Shown: in pieces, positions 48,501-57,401 of the stretch | Layout: every line of letters begins with the position of its first letter | How positions within the stretch are numbered: position 1 is the stretch's first letter | Virus record (IMG/VR): IMGVR_UViG_3300025141_012307 | Length of the DNA: 64,000 bases | Origin: an uncultured virus (IMG/VR IMGVR_UViG_3300025141_012307) | Taxonomy: Duplodnaviria; Heunggongvirae; Uroviricota; Caudoviricetes | Direction: 5' to 3' (one strand) | Notes under the pieces: model-generated | Told to the model about the DNA's origin: nothing | Databases searched by the model: none | Seen by the model: the letters and a program-made list of their open reading frames with translations, nothing else | Position numbers and translations under genes: made by a program

Positions 48501-51500
48501 ACGCTGATTATAATTCCTCGCTCGTGGGGGTATTGACAGCATCTATCCCGGTTTTGATGGCCGACGCTGCTACTATGGCTTGCGGTGAGCTAATGATGAC
48601 TCACTATGGATCAATTAACGATAATATAACAAACTCTTCTTATGCTAATGGCTCGGCATCTTATCAGACAGCCAGTGTTAACTCTGCTCAATATGTTTAT
48701 AACATCCCGGCAACTCAGCTTGTAACTTTATCCGAAACCCCAGCTACGGCTTCCGCATCAATTACCGCGTCGTTGTACCAGGGACAACCTCTTGTGGCTG
48801 CTACGGCAGAGATAACTGTTGGATCGACAGCCGATAGAAATTCTTTACACGGGGGAGCAGAAGTAGTAACCGCACAGGGATCATCCGCTACTATTTATTT
48901 TGAGTTTGATAAGTCTACCGGCGGATTTGTATACGACCCCGCGGTGGCCACCTATACCGTTGGGCTAGTTGGTTCAGCCGGAGCTACAACAGAGGATATT
49001 CGAGACTCCCTGTATAATGCTCTGTCTGATTCCGTATCGTCTGTTCCAATTGATTATTCCGTCAACAAAGACCCATCAGATACAGCTAAAATACAATTAA
49101 CTGCATCAACCGTTGGCAGTGCGATGAACAGCAAGACCATCTCCTCTATTATGGGATTATCAAGCGGAATAGGTGTTGTCTCTTGGGCGAATGGCGCTGA
49201 TGCAGATTTTGACGGGAAGACTTTAATATTAGAGGATGCCTCAGCAACCCATACGATGACTTTTGATAGCAGCGTAACCATTGCCGCATCTTCGCCCCCG
49301 ATCATAGGTGTTCAAGACGCAACTTCTTCTGCTAATGACGTCGCCACGGCGATCGCTAGCTCTATCACTGATGCACAAGCCTCGGGATTAATCGATATAT
49401 CAGTCAATGGATCTCCAACAGTTGGGATTGTCGATCTTAGTGCAGATAACGCCGGGACTGCGATGAATACAAAGCCAATCACAGGATCTGCGGTAGCAGA
49501 TGAAGGGTACTTAGATGTTGTAGCTTTTGCCGGCGGCAAAAATGCCAACGTATCCAATTATTATTTGCCAGAGCCCCGCTCACCCGGCGCTGCATATACA
49601 CGCCCATCTTGGGCTGCCGGACAATATCGCATGTACGTTGATGGCGCAGCCAAAGGAACATCAGCCGATGCCTCTTATCCGTTCTACAATACCTATGAAG
49701 ATTATGCACAAGATATAAGATTGGCAGCGAAAGATCACACAATTATCCCAGAATTCCGTATAAGCGAGCACGTTTCTCAATATCAGCAGCTTGGGCCATT
49801 GGCAGCCACAATTTCATCGTCCCTGTCAATTACAGGAGCCAACGGAGATAATTACAGTGGACTTAATACCTCTTTTTATGAACGCTTCGCCCTAACAGAT
49901 ACACCAGAGTTCCTAGGTGACCTGATGCCAATGAGCGAAGATAATCGTAACTTTATTTTTAATAATCATCCCCGTCATTTTGAACTCTCTTCAAACGCTG
50001 TTGCTAAGCTGCTTCCTTATAATGGATTTTATCCCGTAGACAGAACACTGGATATCGCCAAGTCTTTCTATGAGTCATATAACTCACAAGCAGTGTATGA
50101 GGGCGATGATGCAGCCACGACTCAAGCCTGGCGATCAATATATAAACCATTCTTTGCTCCAGGAATTTTATATAACTCTATAAAATCTGGTTTAGCGGTT
50201 GATTACCCTATTCGCAGAGCAACCAGAAATGATGGCGCTTTCCTGTCTTCTTCGGCTACAACTCCATTAAAGGGAGCACTTTCCGGCACACTTGCTGCTG
50301 TAGCGGCAGGACAAGTTCCTGGGAACCAACGCCGCCAAACTAATGAATTAGATTGGTCTGACGCTGACGTTAATAAATTTTTCTGGGGAGATAGGCTCCC
50401 TTTTGAATCGATCATGGATCCAGCCAGTTTCTTAGAACAAGGATTTGACCAACCGGTCGTATTATCAGATATTAATGAATATTTACATCACGATGTTAGT
50501 GGTTCAATCTCTGCTAAGGGACTAGACGACACCCTTTATAAGAAGATGGTTTCCAACTTCTTAGCCAATGTTCCAAAGTTCTTTTTAAAGAAGAAGTTCA
50601 ATAAGTTTGGACACGAGGGACACTTAACGAAATTTGTGTCACAGTTTGGCTCACTACCAAAGAGCAGCCAACAGGTAACAAATCCTGAAAGAACTGTTGT
50701 AGTGGATAATAAGAGCGCATATATGATGGAAGTTGGACTTCTAAAGACAGACAACTTTAATCTCTATAGTAATCCTTATGCTTTCGGCATACCAACAGCC
50801 ACCGGTTCAGAAGGCTGGTCAGGACTTACTCCAAACCAAACTCCAAGCGGATCTACGTGGCCTGTCCACCGCGGCGAATTTGCGCCCTTCACTCCCCCCT
50901 ATTATTATGGTCCAAGCTTGGTTCGGCTATTGTTTGTGCCATCTTCGAGGAGAGAAGAATATACTCTAGAACAGATTATTAACAACGAAGAGGGCGAGTT
51001 ATTCATTCAATATTTAAATGAAAGTGGAAGCTATTTTGATGTAGCCAGCGGGTCTTATGTTGATCGCGACGGAAATGATGTCGCGACTACAGCAACCCCT
51101 GATTATGGGTGGAACAGGGCTTGGCAAAATCGAATGGATATAGACGCAACAATCAATGTCCACAATCAATTCCCTATCGGCGTTGGCGGAACCTATATCT
51201 CTTCTGATCCTAATAAGTGGACAATTATGCCGAAGTGGGAAACTCCCATATTAGATTTCCCTAATCGCTATGGCGGCGGAACTTCTTATGATTTCTCTTC
51301 TTCAGTCACACCAAGTGAATACACTTCCTCTGCTCAGGGGATGTGGCACCAGTATGGTGTTACCCCTGACCACAACAAGGGTATTTATCTTTATATTAAG
51401 GATATTCCAACTGGGAAAGACGAGGAATATGATCGCGTCGCCCTAGGACAACTTGATGGAACAGGGGGAAATACCGCTGTAAATTATGAATATGTTAAAA

Positions 51501-52642
51501 AGATTCCCAAGTTTGTAATAGACTCCCAGCGACAGGTAAGATCCTTAGCTGATTTGTGCGGCTTTGATCCCGATGAAATTATCCGGAAGGGTTTTGATCC
51601 CAATAAGGCAAAAAGAATGGGAGAATTGCCAGAAGATAATGAGAAGAAACTATCAGAAGCTATAGTTGCTTTGCCAGTATATCGAGATGAAAAGCAGAAC
51701 ATTCGCTTAGTGACGCTGAACGCCCCAGCTAATGAATTGGGGCCAAAAATCAAAGAGTTCAGGAAGAAATTTACAAAATATTCTTTCCCACCTGCTTTAG
51801 CAAAACAACTACAAGATCTTGTGCCAAGCGGATATCCTCACATACCTGAAGTGATTAACCCCTTCGGTGATGATGATTATGATGAAATATTGCAGGGAGG
51901 AAAAATAAGTACAATCCCTGTAGTCTATCTGATGGAGCACGTAATAAACCTCAGCCGCCAAGATCTTGCAGATATTTGGCAAGGCGTGCTTCCGGACATT
52001 GGTCGCAACTTTAAACTTAGTTTCTCAGCTATCGATCATTACATGCCAGGAAACTTAGTGGAAGATGGGACAACAAAATTCCCAGAAGTATTAAAGAAGC
52101 AACTAGAGCTAAGCGTAGAGAGAACAGGACACCCTAGATATGATTTATTGGACGTTGCAACACCAAACTCTAAGAATGGACTCTTCCCCGAGATTAAATG
52201 GCTCGTATTCAAAGTTAAAGAGCGCGGACTAACGGATTATTCTCATATGGTTATGGAAGAGGTTGATGGAAATGCCGCCCTTGGATATGATAACGTACGA
52301 GGTTACCTCGCGAGGAGCGGCATGTCCGAGGAGCAACTCACTGCCCTTGATCAGATGAAAGATACTTTCGCTAAAAATAGTTATCTTCTCAAGCACTCTG
52401 TCAATAACCCTACCTACAACTGGCCATATGACTATTTCTCACTTCTAGAGCTAGCCAAGATTGATACAAAAGTAGGCTTCCGTCCTGACCTTGAAAAAGA
52501 GTATGCAGAGGAAGAAAATTCTTCGAATAATTTGTTGCCAATCAATATTAACATTCCTCCAGGCTCAACATTACCAATGGCGTCTAATCAGCCAGTGACA
52601 TTATCTTTACTGGCTACGCCAAATAATAACGAAGAGACATAA
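42557..52642 (+). CDS. Giant (3361 aa) virion protein with LamG/concanavalin-like domains
   Basis: SVEFF...DGTWRNFG...SLDEFRFW...YLRFNEG LamG-like pattern; ILKSKGNEKSIRNFIRCLG resembles a baseplate/tail P2-I-like segment. Confidence 0.65.
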   Translation: MSVKSLFRKNKQAVTVGKYLKSSAPNTLGNGIESDAHLKASLTRSLYFLPDIDYSDPENFVKFGSAKEYYKNAFSYIANYYPYDGSFLEKTKFYNDLAPIEKYVLEEIYPRSTGYITNGANYGVITTDPSGYYSSSIEQFVRIKGGPHSGSIYNESQGRTSNLEFGGVSGSSVEFFFKKNSVIDKDRSSERQVILDVWNGAPLADSDYGRMRIEIASGSSGEDKFLVTLRSGSNGFVTASVPSAGNISISDGTWRNFGFVFNTSGSTPTIDFYTNGECIETVTTGSGVISSVTGTMIATLGALQTDVETVAGVGQGYGKLSASLDEFRFWKSARNAQEIGRWWFDDVGGGSNKYSANVDLGVYLRFNEGITQTASVDRVLLDYSGRLSNGHYLGYDETYSRNTGSAINDLSIKNIEEIASPIIRTSNSLYQTTYTTYVNTGSYYDGLNSARLLNHLPAWIIEEEEDGANEILSLTQIIASYFDTIYNQITALKNIKHMNYNSGSLSASMNEFPFNDRLVESMGIETPEIFANIGTLQQFLKRDEQIVFDQNLKDIKNSIYKNIYNNINFILKSKGNEKSIRNFIRCLGVGEEIISLNTYSNNSDFKLASSYKTDSSEKKYVDFSALQDVDAASATVYQYYDSTNSNSVGVISGSTDLQDFVFSLQSEVVFPNKQNYQLLSHRLPTVISSSLFGFHTPLDSTASSVDLTWASAPNDYGLQVYAVKSPGEYPAVYEPAGRVMDAFFLVKDRAGTTLLTSSIFNNVYDNQRWNFTLSLRPKKWPFNDGVLGASVATDGYTLQLHGVNCDNGVAKTEFSTEEGIAYATGQSIIESSKRIYAGAHRTNYTGSLLTYADSKISSVRYWTDYLPTGSLVNQALEADSYGRTNPSRNAYSFQTNAPNAYIPQIQTLALDWDFTNITGSNASGQFSVVDFSSGSIAGEYDSDYQGTMLSSINLRQHTGRGDFFKASSTPVRKEYVYTNKLQGPEYISSEDMIRVLSSDDEAFGVNIRPENFYFAVERSLYRSISNRMLHLFASIDEFNNLIGEPVNKFRLNYKRMEKMREIFFRKVNNNTIDIDKYVKYYKWLDDAMSEMIQQLLPGSARYAPNVRNVVESHVLERPKIQYGFPLLKDRSNFGEGILGPAGNAGGAPVDLGLEGDPHDAVVYPPVVPPAPRDTPGGIRPIDPPPIPNRVIPSPIPRSPGGAGLGGGINPRVPNYSWRYNHAPVNNLQSHNATWWQLSAERYSNVLSGPGTLIYSRQSIQKALQREVDSKRTVSFGMSFSGDYSSGANQAKNKKYKITGVTFDSFEEQPDIVDSPVPDEKKRVSFRATIGGQSFNGEQMTPFTALSTTITAGYNAYLASVGLPNVDLTNMHQDVVQPEGGSSPLQGPFTRRYVGGTEARHNAAFRTADRTEEYNLSISAGVGTISSVSPTSAPKGQYLRGLAAKRPVNLKNIQTSVTNHSVTSGVRQIGNFERNYEVVLGNNRADTNIDFVFNTDQYDVSMPSAFITTPSMRSNNATGSADYAAPRQRPARRTTQTIIVNTFAAPGSKLDSKQQFRDVNSNQYSPNNALPFRNIPVRTSLNTRLSAHTLFGGYESGDPTTPSVHKAPSNQTRRLQISTTSPLAYITGTFYDNAFVTRPIPAGDSTQWFMALSGSNTGLYSDYILSGNRYPNDIPVPVTSFDSDPSFGKAIYTSSAGKYEFIWGHDPEIAPWTQLREGSTNQGSYFRRNNIFELPPTRRYKITIPSPPSEVTYGGGTTSRQTTDRAGNTLGYYYSQRFKETPLTSRYKPLRHVVRTPLGTPSRTGQTLTTLGMKYSYGNSLMGFANRELNREIQGRLKFSHGQIKRPYEIMRDQRVSNLPEYVNGLNLIKIFEYSETIYPKEIYTYLSGTRARFSFVNDFWKDNSTLPGGSPAPLASYVSLRTPSIKNYYNRQMPRQTGDYVTSQGYTILAKEQTPYNTLDPSYPEAIGNGSASMWPLDTYLYADYNSSLVGVLTASIPVLMADAATMACGELMMTHYGSINDNITNSSYANGSASYQTASVNSAQYVYNIPATQLVTLSETPATASASITASLYQGQPLVAATAEITVGSTADRNSLHGGAEVVTAQGSSATIYFEFDKSTGGFVYDPAVATYTVGLVGSAGATTEDIRDSLYNALSDSVSSVPIDYSVNKDPSDTAKIQLTASTVGSAMNSKTISSIMGLSSGIGVVSWANGADADFDGKTLILEDASATHTMTFDSSVTIAASSPPIIGVQDATSSANDVATAIASSITDAQASGLIDISVNGSPTVGIVDLSADNAGTAMNTKPITGSAVADEGYLDVVAFAGGKNANVSNYYLPEPRSPGAAYTRPSWAAGQYRMYVDGAAKGTSADASYPFYNTYEDYAQDIRLAAKDHTIIPEFRISEHVSQYQQLGPLAATISSSLSITGANGDNYSGLNTSFYERFALTDTPEFLGDLMPMSEDNRNFIFNNHPRHFELSSNAVAKLLPYNGFYPVDRTLDIAKSFYESYNSQAVYEGDDAATTQAWRSIYKPFFAPGILYNSIKSGLAVDYPIRRATRNDGAFLSSSATTPLKGALSGTLAAVAAGQVPGNQRRQTNELDWSDADVNKFFWGDRLPFESIMDPASFLEQGFDQPVVLSDINEYLHHDVSGSISAKGLDDTLYKKMVSNFLANVPKFFLKKKFNKFGHEGHLTKFVSQFGSLPKSSQQVTNPERTVVVDNKSAYMMEVGLLKTDNFNLYSNPYAFGIPTATGSEGWSGLTPNQTPSGSTWPVHRGEFAPFTPPYYYGPSLVRLLFVPSSRREEYTLEQIINNEEGELFIQYLNESGSYFDVASGSYVDRDGNDVATTATPDYGWNRAWQNRMDIDATINVHNQFPIGVGGTYISSDPNKWTIMPKWETPILDFPNRYGGGTSYDFSSSVTPSEYTSSAQGMWHQYGVTPDHNKGIYLYIKDIPTGKDEEYDRVALGQLDGTGGNTAVNYEYVKKIPKFVIDSQRQVRSLADLCGFDPDEIIRKGFDPNKAKRMGELPEDNEKKLSEAIVALPVYRDEKQNIRLVTLNAPANELGPKIKEFRKKFTKYSFPPALAKQLQDLVPSGYPHIPEVINPFGDDDYDEILQGGKISTIPVVYLMEHVINLSRQDLADIWQGVLPDIGRNFKLSFSAIDHYMPGNLVEDGTTKFPEVLKKQLELSVERTGHPRYDLLDVATPNSKNGLFPEIKWLVFKVKERGLTDYSHMVMEEVDGNAALGYDNVRGYLARSGMSEEQLTALDQMKDTFAKNSYLLKHSVNNPTYNWPYDYFSLLELAKIDTKVGFRPDLEKEYAEEENSSNNLLPININIPPGSTLPMASNQPVTLSLLATPNNNEET

Positions 52643-52649
52643 TTAAAGT

Positions 52650-53564
52650 ATGGTAAAGTTTTTAAATCAAAAAGAGGAGGTTATTCGACTAGAACTAACT
52701 CCTTATGGAAAAGAGAAGTTCTCGAAAGGCGAACTAAAGCCAGAATATTATGCTTTTTATGATAATGATATTTTATATGACGGGGTGTATGGAGGACTGT
52801 CAGAATCTCAAAATAACATAGTCACCCGCATCAGTACACAAACTCCTCGGTTTGGCCCCCTCGTTCGATTTACCGGAAGCGTTTCCCCGATAGTCTCCAT
52901 GAGGAGTCTAAATCTTGCTAATAGCTTTAACCAGCAGGCTGAATATACTGCACCTTTTAATAGATATCTTGGTGACAGCAGCCCTTGGTCGGATTATGTT
53001 CCATCGTGGCATATCACTATAAACAGATATAGTGATGTTGCCTTATCGGGAACGACTAATTTTCGAGCAGGAAATACTATCCCTGTCGTAAGCGCATCTT
53101 TAGTTATTGGGTATGATGTCTCTGCATTGCCGGGCACGGAAGATAATTTTTATAGACTAAGTGAAAACCAAAATATTACTCTAGATGTACAAGAAATAAA
53201 CACTTTGTTCAAACTCAACGGGAACTATGATGTTGAAATCTTTAAAGTAGATGATTCAAACCAGATTACGGCGCTAGGGTTCATCAACCCAAATACAGAA
53301 AATGCTGATAATTTATTCTTTCAAGCAGAGGCTGGTGTTTTAGCCACTACAATTGAGGGCACAGACGATGATATTCTTCAAGCTTACCCGTCACTAGATA
53401 ATAGTTATGTGGAATATTTCTTGGAAGTCTTAGTTGATCAAGAAGTCCCAGGGATTGAGATGCCAACTCACTCAACGGTTTATCGCCGAAATATAGAAAG
53501 AGAGCCGGGCAATATATGCGATATTGTAGATTCTATTGGCACAGCCGAGGATTGGGGATATTAA
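52650..53564 (+). CDS. Virion structural protein (hypothetical)
   Basis: N-terminus LELTPYGKEKFSKG...YYAFYDNDILYD parallels that of 60837-61823. Confidence 0.55.
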   Translation: MVKFLNQKEEVIRLELTPYGKEKFSKGELKPEYYAFYDNDILYDGVYGGLSESQNNIVTRISTQTPRFGPLVRFTGSVSPIVSMRSLNLANSFNQQAEYTAPFNRYLGDSSPWSDYVPSWHITINRYSDVALSGTTNFRAGNTIPVVSASLVIGYDVSALPGTEDNFYRLSENQNITLDVQEINTLFKLNGNYDVEIFKVDDSNQITALGFINPNTENADNLFFQAEAGVLATTIEGTDDDILQAYPSLDNSYVEYFLEVLVDQEVPGIEMPTHSTVYRRNIEREPGNICDIVDSIGTAEDWGY

Positions 53565-53567
53565 AAT

Positions 53568-56500
53568 ATGTCTATTAGAATGATTAAGGATATAGAAATA
53601 AACTCGGTAACACTGGACTCTACAGATAAGAAGGAGTCCGGAACCAAGAGCACAATGTCTGTGTTCTCCTCTTTCCGCTTAACTTCAAAATCTAAATCAA
53701 GTGGGCACCTTTCCTTTTCAAATGTAAGAATGAGAGTAGTCGCCTCATACGGCAAGCATTCATCTGAAGTAATGGATTTTATAACTCAGAGGATCCAAGA
53801 ATATAAGGGATTACAAGAACAAGATGGAAAGTTTTCTGCCAAGGTTCCGGCCCCACAATTTATTTCCTTCATGAAGGGCGACTTTTCCACTAAGTCTGCT
53901 GACAAAGGTTGTGAATATTTTTATGACTTCTTGGAAGAGTCACAACCACTATCACCATATTCTTCAAAAATGGCTGCCGTTCAATTAATGTTTAAAAACC
54001 AATTTGTTTATAACGGAGATGGAGTAAATTTACCGCCTTCTATGGCAATGTTTGATGCCCCGATCTCTGATCTGTTGGGAACAGAAGTATCTAAATTGGC
54101 TAACAAGGGGGACTACGACTCCCTTTCTGAAATCTTGATTCATCTTGATCCTATTCATTTTAAATTCAAGGAAACAGATTTAAAAAACACAAAACAGCTT
54201 AGCCTGTATGCCTATATGTACACTCTGTCAGATTCAGATGTTGGAGTATCCCAAATATCATTATCTACAGGAATGACAAATCCTGTTTCAAAAACTCTAA
54301 TAGGCAACAAGACTATTTGGAAAAGCATATCCTTAGATAACCCAATGATAGGAATAGGGAACAAGCCCAAAAAAGGCACGTTCTCCAAAACTACAACTAC
54401 ATCATCTCCAGATAAGCAAAAGCTGACAATTTTTAATTCTAATAATAATGCCTGGGCTTTATTTTCTAGTATTGCCCAGATAGAAAAGAACCTTACGAGC
54501 CCACCTGCCTCTGCCAAAATAACCCGGAGAGAGGGAATAAGAAAAATTGTCAAAAAAGGGAACTACTTCTCTAATTTTTGGCTCACAAAAGATAGTCAAG
54601 AGAATCATCGGTTCTCTTTTGCTTTCGACCTAGAATCATATTTGGCAGAACACAGTCTATTCCCGTATCTTTACAGAAATAGAGACACGTCAGTCCAGAT
54701 TCTTGACGGAACAGGACTAATGGACACTCAGTCTCCGTCATATATTATGAACATGACAGCAAAGAGAATCTTTATAGACCCGCCTTCTAATCTTCCTATT
54801 AATAATCTTGGAACAAACGGTTATTCTACTGAACTAGGGCCAAATAGTGATTTCCCGCAGAAGATAATAATGAATGTTTCTAGGCTAGATGATATAGCAA
54901 TCCCAAATATCGACTCTTCAATCGGGCAAACTATAGCTAAGAATAAGATTTCCTTTTTTGAGGGGAAAGATATTTTAAACGAAGGGGGGGATCCAAATGC
55001 AAGACATGATGGCTCTTTTCGTTACGGCGTAGATTATACAATATATGATGCTTCTCCTATTTTTATAAGGGAAGCCCTAAAGCGGTTGATCTTAGTGAGG
55101 AATATTTTAGACGACTTGCATTATAAATTGACAAATACTCCATTACGACCAACAGCGGAACACGCTACTTTTGTAGATGTTCAGAATATATTTGACCACA
55201 ACACTGGATATCTAACTTCTAAAGCATCGGAAATCCGAACCTATAATAAGCACGCCGGCAAGTCTTGGAGCGTAGAAGAACATCTATCATATGCCATGAC
55301 CGAGTACAAGGGAATAATTCAAAACTTTGCAGATAAAGTGGACACGCTTCCTTTAGATTATTTTGCAGATCGCTTTAGCGCTGAATATTTAAGGGTTTCG
55401 TACATACAGGAATTCATTGAACATATGAATATCTTTATCCATATGTTGTACCGTCGCTTATCTGAAGTTTTTCCAACTAATCCTTTAGGAAGAGACATAA
55501 GCTCACTGGAAAGAAACAATTTCGAGTCTAGAGGGGTCTCTGAGTTTAAAATGCCTTTAATGCGCGGGTCTCACTATTTTGATAAAAAAGTAATTGTTGG
55601 AAAAGATTATGGGTTTGGAATAGATTATTTAATTAAAACAGAGAATGACAGTAGTGATCGTAATGGGTTGTCTCGGATCCTTATATCAGAGTATGGTATT
55701 CGCATTGGAGCGGAGATTGGTAAGTATTTCAAGACAGCCGGCAGCGCCGAACCCGCCCGGGCCGCCGTGGCATATGGATCCCTGGCTCCTGTTTTGGGAG
55801 AGTCAGCCTATAAGTTTTTTACCCCATTAATTATCCGAGTCCCAAACAGAAAAGACATAATCCAAACAGCAGAAGTGCAAGGTTCTGTATATCCATTGTC
55901 AGAATATGCTCAAATGTTTGTTGATGTGTTTCGTCATAAAAGCCTAATACATCCAGGGGGACTTCACGATCCTCTAATATTAGACAATGACCAGAAATTA
56001 AGTGCTAACGGACGCTTATATGACTGTGTAGTTGGGTTATTACAAGAACAGCACGAATCAAGTATTAATGATTCCCCGACTATACAATATCCCTCTCTTG
56101 ACTCTATCGCTACTGCGAAAGATATCTCAACCTCCCTTGACGTTCCACGGCACAATTATCTTCCAATCCTTGACGGGCCTTTGGCAATTCCATCTATTAT
56201 TGGCGGGAAGAGCGATCTCGGCTCTGCTGATAAAGCCTATTTCAATGCAGTGGACTCCTCCCTGGCATCGATCTATGCCATTAACAAGGAGGGGTATAAA
56301 GATGAGAAGCAATCCGAACTAAAAGAAGTGCAGCGACCCATTAAGTTTCCTTTCGCTATTTTTGGAGAGCTATCTATAGATCCCGAACTTAGGCTAGCAG
56401 TGACATATCAAGATAAGATGATCAATTCTCTCAAGAATTTAAGTAGTGCTTTGTCTCTGTCCCACGAAAATATAGGAAGCTTTTTATCCTCACCGAGCGC

Positions 56501-57401
56501 TAGTGAAATACCATCCTCTATTAAGAGTATGTTAATCCTGGCATCCACAAGTGATCAAAATCCAATTATCAATCTTAACCTCGATGTAATCCGCCCAGTC
56601 TTAGAAGATAAAGACTCTGACACAAGCAATAACAATATTGGAGTAGAGATCTTCGGCGAAGGAAATAATATTCAAGTCACGGGCGACCCGATGAAAATAT
56701 ATGCTAAGTTTATGGCCTTCTGGATGAACTATAAACAAATTGCCATAGTAGAATATTTGGCAGGATTTGGCAGCCTTGATAATATGGACATGCCAGAACT
56801 GCAAGCTGACGGGACTCGTTTCAATAAGCTCAAGTTATCCCAGTGGCGACCATTTACTCAAAACATATTAGTCGCCGCAGAGAAGACCAGAAAAAAAGTC
56901 CTGTGTCGAATTCGGAACTATACTCTTGCGGAATATATTGATTCTCTTTCTGGAAGCATGAAGCGTAACCCGCACGCAGAATATGATGAAAAGATATATG
57001 ATTTTCCGGTTTATAACCGATACTTTTTTCTGGGAGAAGACAATAAAGAAAAAACAGATGACGAAAAGATAGAAGAAAGTAAGCTTAAAACATCAGAAAA
57101 CGAATGCCATGACCATACTTATTATGTAGACGAAAAAGGAAACGGATGGACATCTGAAGCCATCCATACTGAAAGCTCCGAAGTGAAACATAAGCACCAA
57201 ATAATCAACTATGAAGTTCAAAGTGCTCAAAGCCACTGTTACCCAAATTGTGAGGCGAAATATGGAGTTAAGGGCGCGCCTCCCCACGCTCATAAGCTAT
57301 TGGGGGAGCAAGCACACACACCAGCTAGGCAGCCAAGAATAACAAAAGAGTCTCTGGATTCAGTCTTGTTACAGTCGAATATCCCTAGGAGCATCTACTA
57401 A
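53568..57401 (+). CDS. Large hypothetical protein with a His-rich C-terminal segment
   Basis: 1277-aa ORF; HDH, HKH, HAH motifs near the C-terminus. Confidence 0.55.
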   Translation: MSIRMIKDIEINSVTLDSTDKKESGTKSTMSVFSSFRLTSKSKSSGHLSFSNVRMRVVASYGKHSSEVMDFITQRIQEYKGLQEQDGKFSAKVPAPQFISFMKGDFSTKSADKGCEYFYDFLEESQPLSPYSSKMAAVQLMFKNQFVYNGDGVNLPPSMAMFDAPISDLLGTEVSKLANKGDYDSLSEILIHLDPIHFKFKETDLKNTKQLSLYAYMYTLSDSDVGVSQISLSTGMTNPVSKTLIGNKTIWKSISLDNPMIGIGNKPKKGTFSKTTTTSSPDKQKLTIFNSNNNAWALFSSIAQIEKNLTSPPASAKITRREGIRKIVKKGNYFSNFWLTKDSQENHRFSFAFDLESYLAEHSLFPYLYRNRDTSVQILDGTGLMDTQSPSYIMNMTAKRIFIDPPSNLPINNLGTNGYSTELGPNSDFPQKIIMNVSRLDDIAIPNIDSSIGQTIAKNKISFFEGKDILNEGGDPNARHDGSFRYGVDYTIYDASPIFIREALKRLILVRNILDDLHYKLTNTPLRPTAEHATFVDVQNIFDHNTGYLTSKASEIRTYNKHAGKSWSVEEHLSYAMTEYKGIIQNFADKVDTLPLDYFADRFSAEYLRVSYIQEFIEHMNIFIHMLYRRLSEVFPTNPLGRDISSLERNNFESRGVSEFKMPLMRGSHYFDKKVIVGKDYGFGIDYLIKTENDSSDRNGLSRILISEYGIRIGAEIGKYFKTAGSAEPARAAVAYGSLAPVLGESAYKFFTPLIIRVPNRKDIIQTAEVQGSVYPLSEYAQMFVDVFRHKSLIHPGGLHDPLILDNDQKLSANGRLYDCVVGLLQEQHESSINDSPTIQYPSLDSIATAKDISTSLDVPRHNYLPILDGPLAIPSIIGGKSDLGSADKAYFNAVDSSLASIYAINKEGYKDEKQSELKEVQRPIKFPFAIFGELSIDPELRLAVTYQDKMINSLKNLSSALSLSHENIGSFLSSPSASEIPSSIKSMLILASTSDQNPIINLNLDVIRPVLEDKDSDTSNNNIGVEIFGEGNNIQVTGDPMKIYAKFMAFWMNYKQIAIVEYLAGFGSLDNMDMPELQADGTRFNKLKLSQWRPFTQNILVAAEKTRKKVLCRIRNYTLAEYIDSLSGSMKRNPHAEYDEKIYDFPVYNRYFFLGEDNKEKTDDEKIEESKLKTSENECHDHTYYVDEKGNGWTSEAIHTESSEVKHKHQIINYEVQSAQSHCYPNCEAKYGVKGAPPHAHKLLGEQAHTPARQPRITKESLDSVLLQSNIPRSIY

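Noticed and set aside
32697..52642. Inteins or introns in the giant ORFs
   Set aside because: No intein block motifs (C/S start, HN-C/S/T end) or LAGLIDADG pattern was recognised by eye, and the ORFs are uninterrupted; an HMM scan would be needed for certainty.
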